A stretch of 64,000 nucleotides of DNA from an uncultured Collinsella sp. (GCA_900758375.1 CAAERJ010000009.1:9375-73374), one strand, 5' to 3'; shown: positions 29,694 to 39,698, counted from the first letter of the stretch. The notes: generated by a model from the letters alone, not told the origin. Program-made: numbers and translations.

Positions 29694-30060
29694 AGCACCC
29701 GGTTCTGGGGCTCCGACCCTCCTCGCGTACCAACGTGCGCTTCGTCGGGCTTGTCGCTCCCGACTCCGGGCACTCCGGCCTCTTCGGAGGCGTGTCCAAG
29801 CGACAGGTTTGCTAACCATTCCCTGGGGTGGGTGTGAGCTATTGCTCCGGTAACCACCGCCTACCCCAATCTCTCTTCCGTATCCTTCGTGCGTTTTGTC
29901 TCCGCGCACCAGGTTACGTCGTCGCTTGCCGGTGCGACTCCGTGAAAACCGGCGCCGGGCGCCCCGACCTTTGCCGGGGAACGGGCGCCTACCATCTCTT
30001 GGTTTTAGGCTGCGGGTAACCCGCCCGCGGCAAACGATCGTTCGATTTGGAGGAAATCTT

Positions 30061-31266
30061 ATGCGTACGATCACCGAGTCCGAGTCCACCCCCAAGGCCG
30101 ACGGCTTCTTCATGCCCGCCGAGTTCGCCCCGCAGGATCGCGTGTGGATGGGCTGGCCCCACCGCACCGACACCTGGGCCCACGGCGCCAAGCCTGCTCA
30201 GAAGCAGTATGCCGCCATCGCCCGCGCCATCTCCGAGTTCACCCCGGTCTATATGTGCGCCAACCAGGTCGACTATGCCAACTGCAAGGCCGTCTTCGAG
30301 AACGACGAGAACGTCACCGTCATCGAGATGACCACCGACGACGCCTGGTTCCGCGACACCGCCGCCACCTACGTCATCAACGGCAAGGGCGAGAAGCGCG
30401 CCAACCACTGGCACTTCAACGCCTACGGCGGCCTCGTTGACGGCCTCTATTTCCCGTGGGACAAGGACGAGCAGATCGCCCTTAAGATGGCTGAGCTCTC
30501 CGGCTGCCGTCGCTATCGTCCCGACGACATGATCCTCGAGGGCGGCTCCATCACCGTCGACGGCGAGGGCACCCTTGTCGTTACCGACCAGTGCCTGCTT
30601 TCCCCGGGCCGCACCTGCTCTGCGGTTCTGGAGGAGGAAGAGGATCCCGAGTCCATCTGGCCCAAGTACCACAAGAAGTTCGAGCCCTGGAGCGAGGAGC
30701 TTCGCGAGTACATGAACGAGCACCTCAAGGATTACCTGGGTGTCGAGAAGGTCATCTGGGTCAAGGAGGGCATCGACCCCGAGGAGACCAACGGCCACAT
30801 CGATGACGTCGCTACGTTCATCGCCCCGGGCGTCATGGCCTGCATCTGGACCGACGATCCCGAGTACCCGTTCTATGATCAGTGCCACGCTGCCTACGAG
30901 ACCCTCTCCAACGCCGTTGACGCCAAGGGCCGCAAACTGAAGGTCTACAAGCTCTGCATGCCCGTGAACCCGCTGTTTATGGACCAGGCTTCCTGCGACA
31001 CCATCGACGCCGACGAGAACGCCGAGCCGCGCGTTCCCGACGAGCCGCTGATTGCTTCCTACATGAACTACCTGGTCACCAACCACGGCGTTATCGTCCC
31101 GCAGTACGGCGACGAGAACGACCAGCTGGCCGTTGACACGCTCCAGAAGATTTATGACGAGGTCTGGGGCGAGGGCGTCTACAAGTGCGTTGGCGTTCAG
31201 TCCGAGCAGGTCGTCTTCGGCGGCGGCAATATCCACTGCATTACGCAGCAGGAGCCGTCGGCTTAA
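30061..31266 (+). CDS. aguA: Agmatine deiminase, paralog 1 (with internal insertion)
   Basis: STPKADGFFMPAEF, DAWFRD, FNAYGG, LEGGSI, ETNGHIDD, ASYMNY and GGGNIHCITQQEP (catalytic Cys). Confidence 0.92.
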   Translation: MRTITESESTPKADGFFMPAEFAPQDRVWMGWPHRTDTWAHGAKPAQKQYAAIARAISEFTPVYMCANQVDYANCKAVFENDENVTVIEMTTDDAWFRDTAATYVINGKGEKRANHWHFNAYGGLVDGLYFPWDKDEQIALKMAELSGCRRYRPDDMILEGGSITVDGEGTLVVTDQCLLSPGRTCSAVLEEEEDPESIWPKYHKKFEPWSEELREYMNEHLKDYLGVEKVIWVKEGIDPEETNGHIDDVATFIAPGVMACIWTDDPEYPFYDQCHAAYETLSNAVDAKGRKLKVYKLCMPVNPLFMDQASCDTIDADENAEPRVPDEPLIASYMNYLVTNHGVIVPQYGDENDQLAVDTLQKIYDEVWGEGVYKCVGVQSEQVVFGGGNIHCITQQEPSA

Positions 31267-31270
31267 TCGT

Positions 31271-31373
31271 CTGGCTTCCTGAGGCACGGCACCTTCCCGT
31301 TCATTCGTCGCTTGCGTACCGAAGTACGCGGCGCTCCTCTTTCACGGGAATCTGCCGCACCTCAGAAACCCAG
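31271..31373 (+). repeat. Diverged family-1-like structured element
   Basis: Shares the TTCA(A/T)TCGTCG-[hairpin GCGTAC..GTACGC]-CTCCTCTTTCACG core with family 1 but has different, self-complementary stems; starts 4 nt after the aguA stop. Confidence 0.65.
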
Positions 31374-31420
31374 CCGGTCAAGCGAACAGGGCTACCTGAT
31401 TGATCGGCTGGCTTTTCTTT

Positions 31421-31460
31421 GGGCACTCCGTTGCCTCCACATCGGAGTGCCCTTTTTCTT
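31421..31460 (+). terminator. Rho-independent terminator after aguA
   Basis: GGGCACTCCG...CGGAGTGCCC stem followed by a T-rich run. Confidence 0.7.
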
Positions 31461-31765
31461 TGATTGAATACGCGTCTGATCTGGGATTTATTGCGGGTTA
31501 GGCCAATTGTTCGCTTGAATTTCCCAGGTCAGACGCGTATTCAATTGCTGATAGTTTCCGGTTGCGAGCGCGACCGTTTTGATCGGAGTATCTATGTACC
31601 AGCGTATCGTTATCTACACGCGCCTGTTCCGCGAGCGTTGGTCCAACAATTGCATCCTCTCTTCTCTTTGGGATGGCACCTGCACCGGTGACGCGGCCTG
31701 CAACCCTACCTTGGGCTGCGCCTTCGGTACAGATGCCATCCTTTTTGCTGTAGGGGGAGCGTGCC

Positions 31766-33157
31766 ATGGTAGGTAAAAAGTTCTCCCTGTTCGAGGTCAT
31801 CCTCTCGGTTATCTGCGTTGTCTTTACCATCGAGGCGGCTGCTCCGGCGTCTGCCATGGGTAACGTGCAGTTCTTCTGGTGGATCTTCCTCATCATTACG
31901 TTTTTGCTTCCCTATGGCCTGGTGGTGGCCGAGCTCGGTACGGCGTTCGATTCCGAGGGCGGCCTGTACGATTGGGTTCGCCTGGGCTTGGGCGACCGTT
32001 GGGGCGCCCGTTGCTCCTGGTGCTACTGGGTCAACTTTCCACTGTGGGTGGCAAGTATCGCCTGTATGTTCCCCAGTGTCATCAATGCGGTATGGGGCAT
32101 CGAGTTTTCGCTCGGGGTTCGAATTGCCATCGAGCTTGCCTTTGTGTGGGGCGTCACGGTCATGGCGATGCACCCGGTGGCCGAGGCCGATTGGGTCATG
32201 GACGGCGGTGCCGTCATCAAGGTGCTCATTACCGCCGTGGTGGGAATCGTCGGCATCTGGTTTGCCTGCAATAACGGCTTTGCCAACGATATGTCGTTTA
32301 AGACCTTCATTCCAGATTTGGGCGACACCAATTCGTTGACGTACCTATCGATTATCCTGTTCAACTTTATGGGCTTCGAAGTGGTCGCGACCTTTGCCAG
32401 CACGATGAAAAACCCATCGCGCGATATCCCCAAGGCGGTCATTGCCGGTGGCGTGGCCATTGCGGCGATCTACATCATTTGCGGTATCGGCATTGGAGCT
32501 GCGGTTCCTACCGAGCAGCTTTCGCTCGATTCGGGCATTGTGGACGCGGTCGCCGCCATGTTGGGGCGCAGCCATCCGCTGACGATGGTCGTGGGCGTGG
32601 CCTTTTTGGTGACGCTGTTCGCCAACATGATCTGCTGGAGCTTTGGCGTTAACAACGTGGCGAGCTATGCCGCGCGCCATGGCAACATGCCGCGTCCCTT
32701 TGCGCTGGTGTCCAAGAAGACCGGCATGCCCAATGGCTCGGCAATCATTAACGGTTGCTTTGCCAGCCTGGTACTACTGCTCCAGATCCCGCTGGGCGAG
32801 GGCTCCGACGTCTTTTGGGTTTTCTTCTCGATGAACGTCGTCTTCCTGCTTATGAGCTATATCCCGATGTTCCCAGCGTTTTGGCGCCTGCGCAAATATG
32901 ACGATCGCCCGCGCGTGTTCCGCGCGCCCTTCGAGGGCAAGGTGCTTGCGGTGGCACTTGCGATTCCCGTGGTGGAGCTTGTGCTTTCGATTGTCGCTAC
33001 GATTGTGCCGCTCAACGGCTCGTCCGCCGAAATGACAAAGTTGCCCATTCTCATGGGTGTAGTGATCGCCGTGTTGCTGGGCGAGGTTTCGCGCCTCATA
33101 TCGCGCCGCGGCCGCAGCGTCGACAATCCCGGCGTTGGCGTGTATAGAAAACGCTAA
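31766..33157 (+). CDS. APC family polyamine antiporter, paralog 2
   Basis: Clearly paralogous to 28254-29693 (EAAAPA, FLLPYGLVVAELG, NFMGFE, YIPMFPAF). Confidence 0.88.
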   Translation: MVGKKFSLFEVILSVICVVFTIEAAAPASAMGNVQFFWWIFLIITFLLPYGLVVAELGTAFDSEGGLYDWVRLGLGDRWGARCSWCYWVNFPLWVASIACMFPSVINAVWGIEFSLGVRIAIELAFVWGVTVMAMHPVAEADWVMDGGAVIKVLITAVVGIVGIWFACNNGFANDMSFKTFIPDLGDTNSLTYLSIILFNFMGFEVVATFASTMKNPSRDIPKAVIAGGVAIAAIYIICGIGIGAAVPTEQLSLDSGIVDAVAAMLGRSHPLTMVVGVAFLVTLFANMICWSFGVNNVASYAARHGNMPRPFALVSKKTGMPNGSAIINGCFASLVLLLQIPLGEGSDVFWVFFSMNVVFLLMSYIPMFPAFWRLRKYDDRPRVFRAPFEGKVLAVALAIPVVELVLSIVATIVPLNGSSAEMTKLPILMGVVIAVLLGEVSRLISRRGRSVDNPGVGVYRKR

Positions 33158-33256
33158 CCGTGAAGGGCTTTGTCCACCGACACGGGACTAAAACCAGGGT
33201 TGCTTCCAAGTTAACAAATCGCTGCGAGGATTACTGCGGCAATCGTGAAGGTTATG

Positions 33257-33448
33257 CTAACGGTTGCGCTGGTCGAATGAAGAGGAGAGCTTAGGCGCAA
33301 AGTAGGGGACGTGTCCCAGGTAAGGGCAGCTGTCGTTGCGCTCATCAACGATGCAAGGAACGTCATCGTAGGTCATGGTCGAACCGATCTTGGCGATGGC
33401 CTTGGCGGCAGGCGCGACAATAATCTTGAGCGGTGTAATCGGCGCCAT
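33257..33448 (-). CDS. Small hypothetical protein (63 aa)
   Basis: Strong RBS AAAGGAGA just upstream of the ATG; fills the gap between APC2 and the LuxR gene. Confidence 0.5.
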   Translation of the reverse strand: MAPITPLKIIVAPAAKAIAKIGSTMTYDDVPCIVDERNDSCPYLGHVPYFAPKLSSSFDQRNR

Positions 33449-33537
33449 GGCATCTCCTTTCGATCTTGGTATTCGTCGATGTTTCTACCATAACCGTAAT
33501 GCGGAATCAAGCTGGTTGTGCGCGGAATGAGGGTAGT

Positions 33538-34530
33538 ATGAGCTTCGCATTCTTTATCTACACGATTCTTGTCATGGGCATTGGATTGGTAACGGCATCA
33601 ACTGCACTCGTAATATGGCTCATGACTCGTCGACGCGATTGTTTGGTGGCGGCCGCGGGCTTCCTTCTCTATGTCTTCGATATGTCGGTGATCTTCTTTG
33701 ATGAGTACAACCGGCTCAAATATGACTATTTGGTGACGTTTAATGAGCCGCTTCAACATCCGTTACTGCGCTGCGCGCTGGGCGTGGCGATTCTTGCGTG
33801 CGTATGGCTTTGGGTAACGTTTCGCTTACACGATGAGGTAACCGTTAAGCGTGTTGCCGCATATGTCGTACCGATCGCCGTGCTTCAGCTTGCTCTGGTA
33901 CCTCGTACTGGCTTTGCGAGCCAGATTCAGCAATATCTTTTTTGGCTTGCGCGCGATTTGGGAATGGCATTCTGCTTGGTATATGCTTACGCCCGCTATC
34001 GCAAGACGGAGAATAGGGCTGAGCGGCTCGATCTTGAGCGCTCTCGGACGTTCTTTCGCATAGCCTGCGTGCTTACCGTGATGGTGGTTATCGAGGATAC
34101 CTATATGATCCTATTCTGCACGCCTGACGTTGACAACGTGATAGTGAGCGCCTTTTTATGGTATCTGGGCGAGCGGAATATCTCAGAGAATTTATTGTTT
34201 GTGGCTGCAGCCGTTCAGCTATTTAAACAGTTCAGCCATATCTTACGTGTGTTCTCGCGTCACCCTCGTGCCGATGAAGAGGTAGCGACAGAGCGCCGTG
34301 ATGCACGGGAGGACCTTGTCTCGCGTGTTGTGATTTTCTCGGACGAGCATGGGCTTTCAAAGCGCGAACAGGAAGTGCTTACACTCGTATTGCGTGGACT
34401 CGATGTCCAAAATATTGCTAATGAACTTGTGATTAGTCCGGGTACCGTCAAGGCTCACCTGCATCGCATCTATGTAAAGAGCGAAGTCAAGGCGCGTGAC
34501 GACTTGATTGAGGCATTCTGGCGCTCGTGA
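33538..34530 (+). CDS. Membrane-anchored LuxR family regulator, paralog 2
   Basis: About 7 TM segments, shared ERN(I/F)SEN motif with 25750-26715, HTH LSKREQEV...IANELVISPGTVKAHLHRIY. Confidence 0.85.
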   Translation: MSFAFFIYTILVMGIGLVTASTALVIWLMTRRRDCLVAAAGFLLYVFDMSVIFFDEYNRLKYDYLVTFNEPLQHPLLRCALGVAILACVWLWVTFRLHDEVTVKRVAAYVVPIAVLQLALVPRTGFASQIQQYLFWLARDLGMAFCLVYAYARYRKTENRAERLDLERSRTFFRIACVLTVMVVIEDTYMILFCTPDVDNVIVSAFLWYLGERNISENLLFVAAAVQLFKQFSHILRVFSRHPRADEEVATERRDAREDLVSRVVIFSDEHGLSKREQEVLTLVLRGLDVQNIANELVISPGTVKAHLHRIYVKSEVKARDDLIEAFWRS

Positions 34531-34836
34531 GGCTGGAGTGGTCCGGCTGACGGTGTATCGCAGACTGCTCGGCGTAAAGAAGCGACAATTAACTTAGACA
34601 ATAAAATACCTGTTCAGACGTGTAAACCTGCTTAATCCGTCCGTTCGCTCGGTTCCATCTTGGCAGCTTGTGCTGGAGGTGCGTCAATGGGTGTTGACGC
34701 GGGGCGTAGGGCGCTGGACAGACGCCCAATTGCCTGTAGGCACGTGTCACGAGGGGGCGGCAAATGCTCCCTCACCGATTGGGCGCGCCGTATCGTGGCG
34801 CTTATCCATTGTCCTGTAACGTCTGAGGAGGCTCAT

Positions 34837-36465
34837 ATGGACAAAGCGGATTTAGTCATCAAAAGTAATGCTGTGTTCACTGGTGACGGGCTGGCACCGT
34901 TCAAGGGCGGCGTTGCCATCGCGGGTGACAGAATTGTTGCGTGCGGCGAAGATAAGTACCTCGACGCTTTTATCGGGTCCGATACCGAGGTGCGCGACTA
35001 TGGCGATAAGCTCGTCATGCCTGGCATTATCGATTCACACACTCACTATGCCCAGGGCGCCTTTTTGACCGATCCCGATTTCGCCGTCAATCTCATCGAT
35101 TGCACAAGCTTCGAGCAGTGTATGGAACGCGTGCAGGCGTTTGCCAAAGACCACCCGAACAACGAGTGGATCGTGGGCTGTCAGGTTATCCAGTTCCAGT
35201 GGGACGTGCCCGAGATGCCTACGGCGACAATGATCGATGAGTACATTTCGGACCGTCCGGTCTTTTTGCAGCAGGTTGACATGCACACGTTTAGTGCCAA
35301 CACCTGTGCAATCGAGAAAATCGGCGTTACTGCTGAAACGCCAGACCCATCAGGCGGCAAGATTCTTAAGGATGAAGCTGGCAACCCTACTGGGGTCTTC
35401 TCGAACAACGCGGGAGCCCTTTTCATGGATGAGGTATACAATCCTGCCCCCGAGGTGGCTAGTGCTTCCTTTGCCAAGACTGCGCATCGCGCCAACGCTC
35501 TCGGCATTACAACAGTCGGCATGGTTAACCCCACTTTTGTGAGCATGGATAACCCCTATAAATTCCTTGCGGAACTCAACCGCAAGGGCGAGCATCCGTT
35601 GCGCGTGTTCATGTACACAGACCTTTTTGAGAACGAGGCCATGACGCTCGAGGAGATTCGGGCGAAATACGACTTCCCGGGCACGCAAGTCGAGTGGCAC
35701 GGCTTTAAGCAGTTCATTGACGGCGTGTGTTCCGATCATACTGCTTGGATGCTCGAGCCCTATGCTAATGCTCCCGAGACCTGTGGCGAGCCGGCTGAGG
35801 ATCCAGAGCGCGTGCGCAAAGCCATCCTTAAAGCGCTTGAGTGGGGTGTCGACACGCGCATCCATGCCATAGGCGATCGTTCTGTACGCTTTATCCTGGA
35901 CTGCTTCGAGGAGGGTGAGAAGCGTTACGGTCTTATGGGCTGTCGTCACTCCATGGAGCACAACGAGACTGTTCAACCTGAGGATTTGCCGCGCTATGCG
36001 GAGCTCGGCGTCTGTCCGGCCATGCAGCCGTGGCATATGCTGCTTGATATGGCAGACTTGGCAAAGGACGACGCCGTTGGTCCCGAGCGCGCGGCGCTCT
36101 CGTGGCCAATTCATAGCCTGCTCGCGAGCGGTGCCTGCGTGCATCTGGGCTCCGACTTCCCGGTCGTGGGGCTTGAGCCTATGGAGGAAGTCTATGGAGC
36201 GGTCTACCGCATGCTCGAGGATGGATCTAATCCTGAGGGTTGGTTCCCCGAGGAGCGAATCACTATGGCCGAGGCCCTGCGCGCATACACCTACGGCAGC
36301 GCCTACGCTATGCATGCTGAGGACCGCATCGGCACACTCGCCTGCGGCAAGCAAGCCGACATTTGCGTACTCGACCGCAATCTCTTTACCTGCGAGCCGG
36401 CAGAGGTGCTCGAGGCTACCGCGGCCCTTACGATGATCGCCGGCAAGGTGGTCTTTGAGGCCTAG
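34837..36465 (+). CDS. Metal-dependent amidohydrolase (amidohydrolase-3/YtcJ-like)
   Basis: MPGIIDSHTH, KQFIDG, IHAIGDR, MEH, LGSDFPV and GKQADICVLD; RBS GAGGAGG at 34837 (an in-frame upstream ATG at 34687 also has GGAGGT). Confidence 0.9.
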   Translation: MDKADLVIKSNAVFTGDGLAPFKGGVAIAGDRIVACGEDKYLDAFIGSDTEVRDYGDKLVMPGIIDSHTHYAQGAFLTDPDFAVNLIDCTSFEQCMERVQAFAKDHPNNEWIVGCQVIQFQWDVPEMPTATMIDEYISDRPVFLQQVDMHTFSANTCAIEKIGVTAETPDPSGGKILKDEAGNPTGVFSNNAGALFMDEVYNPAPEVASASFAKTAHRANALGITTVGMVNPTFVSMDNPYKFLAELNRKGEHPLRVFMYTDLFENEAMTLEEIRAKYDFPGTQVEWHGFKQFIDGVCSDHTAWMLEPYANAPETCGEPAEDPERVRKAILKALEWGVDTRIHAIGDRSVRFILDCFEEGEKRYGLMGCRHSMEHNETVQPEDLPRYAELGVCPAMQPWHMLLDMADLAKDDAVGPERAALSWPIHSLLASGACVHLGSDFPVVGLEPMEEVYGAVYRMLEDGSNPEGWFPEERITMAEALRAYTYGSAYAMHAEDRIGTLACGKQADICVLDRNLFTCEPAEVLEATAALTMIAGKVVFEA

Positions 36466-36552
36466 CGCCATCGTTTGGTTGGGCGGCTTGGCGCCAGTTG
36501 TCAGCCGCCTGACATCCATTCAGCACTACTCTCTCAAGGAAAGGGGAGAACA

Positions 36553-37929
36553 ATGGCAGAAGAAGTAACCGCTGCCGTGGAGGAGGAGCGCGAGCTCGCC
36601 TCCCAACCGATTCCCGGTCTGGTGCGTAAGTACACCATCGTCACCGGCCAGGGCATGCTCGCCCAGATCATCATGGTGGTCCTCGAGGGCCTCGTGATGG
36701 GTTGGGGCCTGGGTGCCCACGGCCTGGCCTGCGTCTCGATCATCATGTCGGTCGAGTACATCAACCTGGCCTTTGGCAACCTGTTTGGCACCGGCGTGCC
36801 CGCCGTGGTGGGCAACCTTTTGGGTGCCGGCGACATTAAGGGCGCAAGCAAGGCTTTTAGCCAGGGCTTTTGGCTCACCACGATTGTGAGTGTGCTGCTT
36901 GCTGTGGTGATGGCCGTGTTTACCGAGCCCATCTGCGCATTCTTTGGCGCCACGCCCGACATCATGGCCGATACCGTTGCCGGCGTGCGCACCTTCGCCG
37001 TGCTGCTGCCGCTCACGGTCATTGGCCAGATGGTCACCGCTGTGATGCGTGTGGACGAGAAGGTTCAGGTCCAGGCCAACCTCATGACCGTTTCGGCCAT
37101 CGTTGCCATCTGCTGGCTCGCGCTTTCTACGTTTGTGCTCAAGTTTGGCGTTATGGGCGCCGGCGTGTACTACGGGCTTTCCATCGGTATCTGGGCCATC
37201 GGTATCTTCTGGTTCATCGGGGGCAAAAAGTCCCAGCTCCAGATTAGCCTGGCCGACCTTAAGCTCGACCTCGCCGTCTGCGGCCAGATCCTCAAGATCG
37301 GCTTCCCGTTCTTCCTGGTCCAGGGCGCGACCTTTATCTTTAACACCGTTGCCAACTCGCTTTTGGGCTCGCTCGGCGGCGACATGGGCTCGCTCTACAT
37401 CGCAGCCTTTGGCGTGATCAACGGCTACATCCTCTACATCACCATGATGGTTGCCCAGTGCTTCTCCTATGGCCTGCAGCCCATCGCTGCCTTCAACGCC
37501 GGCGCAAAGGCTTGGGCGCGCCTTAAGGAGACGCTCTCTTGCACGCTTAAGTACCAGGTTGTGACGCTGGCGCTGGTCACCGTCGCGCTCTGGCTTGCCG
37601 CCACTCCGGTGTGCGCCTTCTTTGCCGGCAGCGATCCTGCGCTCGTTGAGGTTGCCGCTAACGCCACGCGTACCGTCATCCTGGCTGTTGCCCTGGGCTA
37701 TCTTGCCATGACCATGTCGATATATTTCCAGGCGGTCGAGAAGGTTGGTGTCGCCACGTTTACCGGCCTGCTTCGCTATGTGATCTGCTCAGTGCCGCTT
37801 ATGTACCTCCTCGGCAACATGATGGGTGTTGAGGGCGTGTGGATCGCCCTGGTGGTGGCCGACGCCATTACCGGCATCATCTCCATTGCGCTCGCCGCGC
37901 ACGAGTCCAAGCGCCTTGCCACGCTCTAG
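36553..37929 (+). CDS. MATE family efflux transporter
   Basis: About 12 TM segments; LGAGDIKGA, ILKIGFP, GLQPIAAFNAGA, YFQAV and GVEGVWIA..VAD motifs. Confidence 0.88.
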   Translation: MAEEVTAAVEEERELASQPIPGLVRKYTIVTGQGMLAQIIMVVLEGLVMGWGLGAHGLACVSIIMSVEYINLAFGNLFGTGVPAVVGNLLGAGDIKGASKAFSQGFWLTTIVSVLLAVVMAVFTEPICAFFGATPDIMADTVAGVRTFAVLLPLTVIGQMVTAVMRVDEKVQVQANLMTVSAIVAICWLALSTFVLKFGVMGAGVYYGLSIGIWAIGIFWFIGGKKSQLQISLADLKLDLAVCGQILKIGFPFFLVQGATFIFNTVANSLLGSLGGDMGSLYIAAFGVINGYILYITMMVAQCFSYGLQPIAAFNAGAKAWARLKETLSCTLKYQVVTLALVTVALWLAATPVCAFFAGSDPALVEVAANATRTVILAVALGYLAMTMSIYFQAVEKVGVATFTGLLRYVICSVPLMYLLGNMMGVEGVWIALVVADAITGIISIALAAHESKRLATL

Positions 37930-37977
37930 GCTCGGACATGGCTGGCGTACGATAGTCGAACAAGTTAACTCGCCTGC

Positions 37978-38016
37978 AAGCCACCACAATGGGGACAGCC
38001 CCCATTGTGGTGGCTT
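37978..38016. repeat. GGGGACAG-loop REP-like hairpin
   Basis: AAGCCACCACAATGGGG-ACAGC-CCCCATTGTGGTGGCTT. Confidence 0.75.
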
Positions 38017-38157
38017 TTGTTATTTAGGGTCTGAGATTTCGGCTCTATAAATAATGCTTTTGAACTAGGCTACTATAAGATTGTGGTAAACGCTAATATA
38101 AGATTATGGCGAATGAAACTATCCGATTATGGTAACAGCGCAATAAGGGGCGTTGAT

Positions 38158-39327
38158 ATGGCTGAGTTCATTAACAGGGATTTGCATGAGTTGCTCATTC
38201 GCATGGCAGGCTGGTTTCCTGTTGTGTCGTTGACAGGGCCTAGGCAGAGCGGTAAGTCTACGCTGGTTCGGCATACCTTTCCCGACTATTCCTACGTCAC
38301 GCTTGAGGACCCTCAAACGAGGCGCGCGGCCTTGGAGGATCCGGTGAGTTTTATCCGCAACCGAAAGGGCGGACTCATCATCGATGAGGCGCAATACGCC
38401 CCGGATTTGTTTTCAATGATCCAGGTTGTTTCGGATGAGCGGGGAGACGCCGGTCAATACATCCTTACAGGCTCGCAAAACTTTTTGATGATGAAAAGCA
38501 TCGGGCAGTCTCTTGCCGGGCGAGTCGGGATCTTGAAATTGCTGCCATTATCGTTTCGAGAAGCGGAGAGGGGCCAGCAGGGGCAGCTGGAAGTGGATTT
38601 GTTCGCGCTCGAAGGGGGATACCCTCGCCTGCGTTCCGCCAGAATGCCGTCCTCGGTTTATTTTCCCAGCTATATCGATACCTATGTTGAGCGCGATGTT
38701 GTGGGCTTGCTTGATGTGCGCAATAAGGCGGAGTTTCATAAGTTTCTGTCCATAATTGCTCAGAGCGTCGGTGCCCTCATCAATATATCCTCGCTTTCTC
38801 GAGATACGGGCGTGAGCGTATCGACCATTAAAAGCTGGTTGTCCATCCTGGAGCAGAGCTACCTGACGTTTTCGCTGCAGCCCTATTATGCAAATGCCAA
38901 GAAGCGTCTAACTAAAACGCCCAAGCTCTATTTTTACGACACGGGGCTGCTCTGCTACTTGCTCAAAATTGGATCACTGGAGCAACTATTGGAGAGCCCT
39001 TATCTGGGGGCCGTTTTCGAAAACCTCATCGTTTCCGAAACGGCGAAGAGCCATCTCAACGTGGGCGAGAATCCCGAGCTGTATTTCTATAGGGACGACA
39101 GCAAGCGTGAAATCGATTTGCTCGACTGTACAAACTCAGGGAGTCCCAAGGCTATCGAAATAAAATCATCCAGAACGTATCACGATAAGTACGCCCGCCA
39201 TCTACAGACTGTATGCGATGAGATCGACATTGCAAAAGATGCGCGCTATGTTGTAGCCCGCGTGGACTCAACGTATGAGTCGAAAGACTGTAGTGTGGTT
39301 TCGGCGCGTGATTGGCTTTTACGATAA
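38158..39327 (+). CDS. AAA_14-type ATPase with DUF4143 domain
   Basis: LTGPRQSGKST, IIDEAQ, ILTGSQ, SLAGR, GGYP, TYVERDV, KTPKLYFYDTGL, GAVFEN and EIDL...IEIK. Confidence 0.88.
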   Translation: MAEFINRDLHELLIRMAGWFPVVSLTGPRQSGKSTLVRHTFPDYSYVTLEDPQTRRAALEDPVSFIRNRKGGLIIDEAQYAPDLFSMIQVVSDERGDAGQYILTGSQNFLMMKSIGQSLAGRVGILKLLPLSFREAERGQQGQLEVDLFALEGGYPRLRSARMPSSVYFPSYIDTYVERDVVGLLDVRNKAEFHKFLSIIAQSVGALINISSLSRDTGVSVSTIKSWLSILEQSYLTFSLQPYYANAKKRLTKTPKLYFYDTGLLCYLLKIGSLEQLLESPYLGAVFENLIVSETAKSHLNVGENPELYFYRDDSKREIDLLDCTNSGSPKAIEIKSSRTYHDKYARHLQTVCDEIDIAKDARYVVARVDSTYESKDCSVVSARDWLLR

Positions 39328-39587
39328 CAAGCTCGGCGTATTAACAACAGCCGCGAAGGGAACCGGCCCCTTTTTGCGGCGGTTTTTGCCTATCTGGTGC
39401 GTCTTAGATGCAAGTGAGTAGACTTATTTGGATATGCCGAGCACACCGCGGCAAATGCTCAATAAAACCGCAGGTCAGAGCTGTGGCGTTTTGGGGCGTG
39501 CTTGGCCTCCTGCAAAAAGCCTACTCACTTGGTTTTTCTGCTGGAAGACCGCCGTGAGGGAAGGCAGCTCCCTCGTGGCGGCTGACA

Positions 39588-39622
39588 TTTGCCCAGATAA
39601 ACCCTGCCAAAATAAACCTGCC
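39588..39622. repeat. Partial copy of the 50-bp GGGACAG repeat
   Basis: TTTGCCCAGATAAACCCTGCCAAAATAAACCTG matches 41891-41940. Confidence 0.7.
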
Positions 39623-39698
39623 TACTCTTTGAACCAGAGCCGACACTAATTCAAATGGCGAAATCAAAGGGCGTTCTCCGTATGGAAGGCGCCCTTTT

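Noticed and set aside
29694..30060. Guanidine or other riboswitch upstream of aguA
   Set aside because: Hairpins are present but I could not match ykkC, mini-ykkC or guanidine-III consensus features; the words resemble the local repeat families instead.
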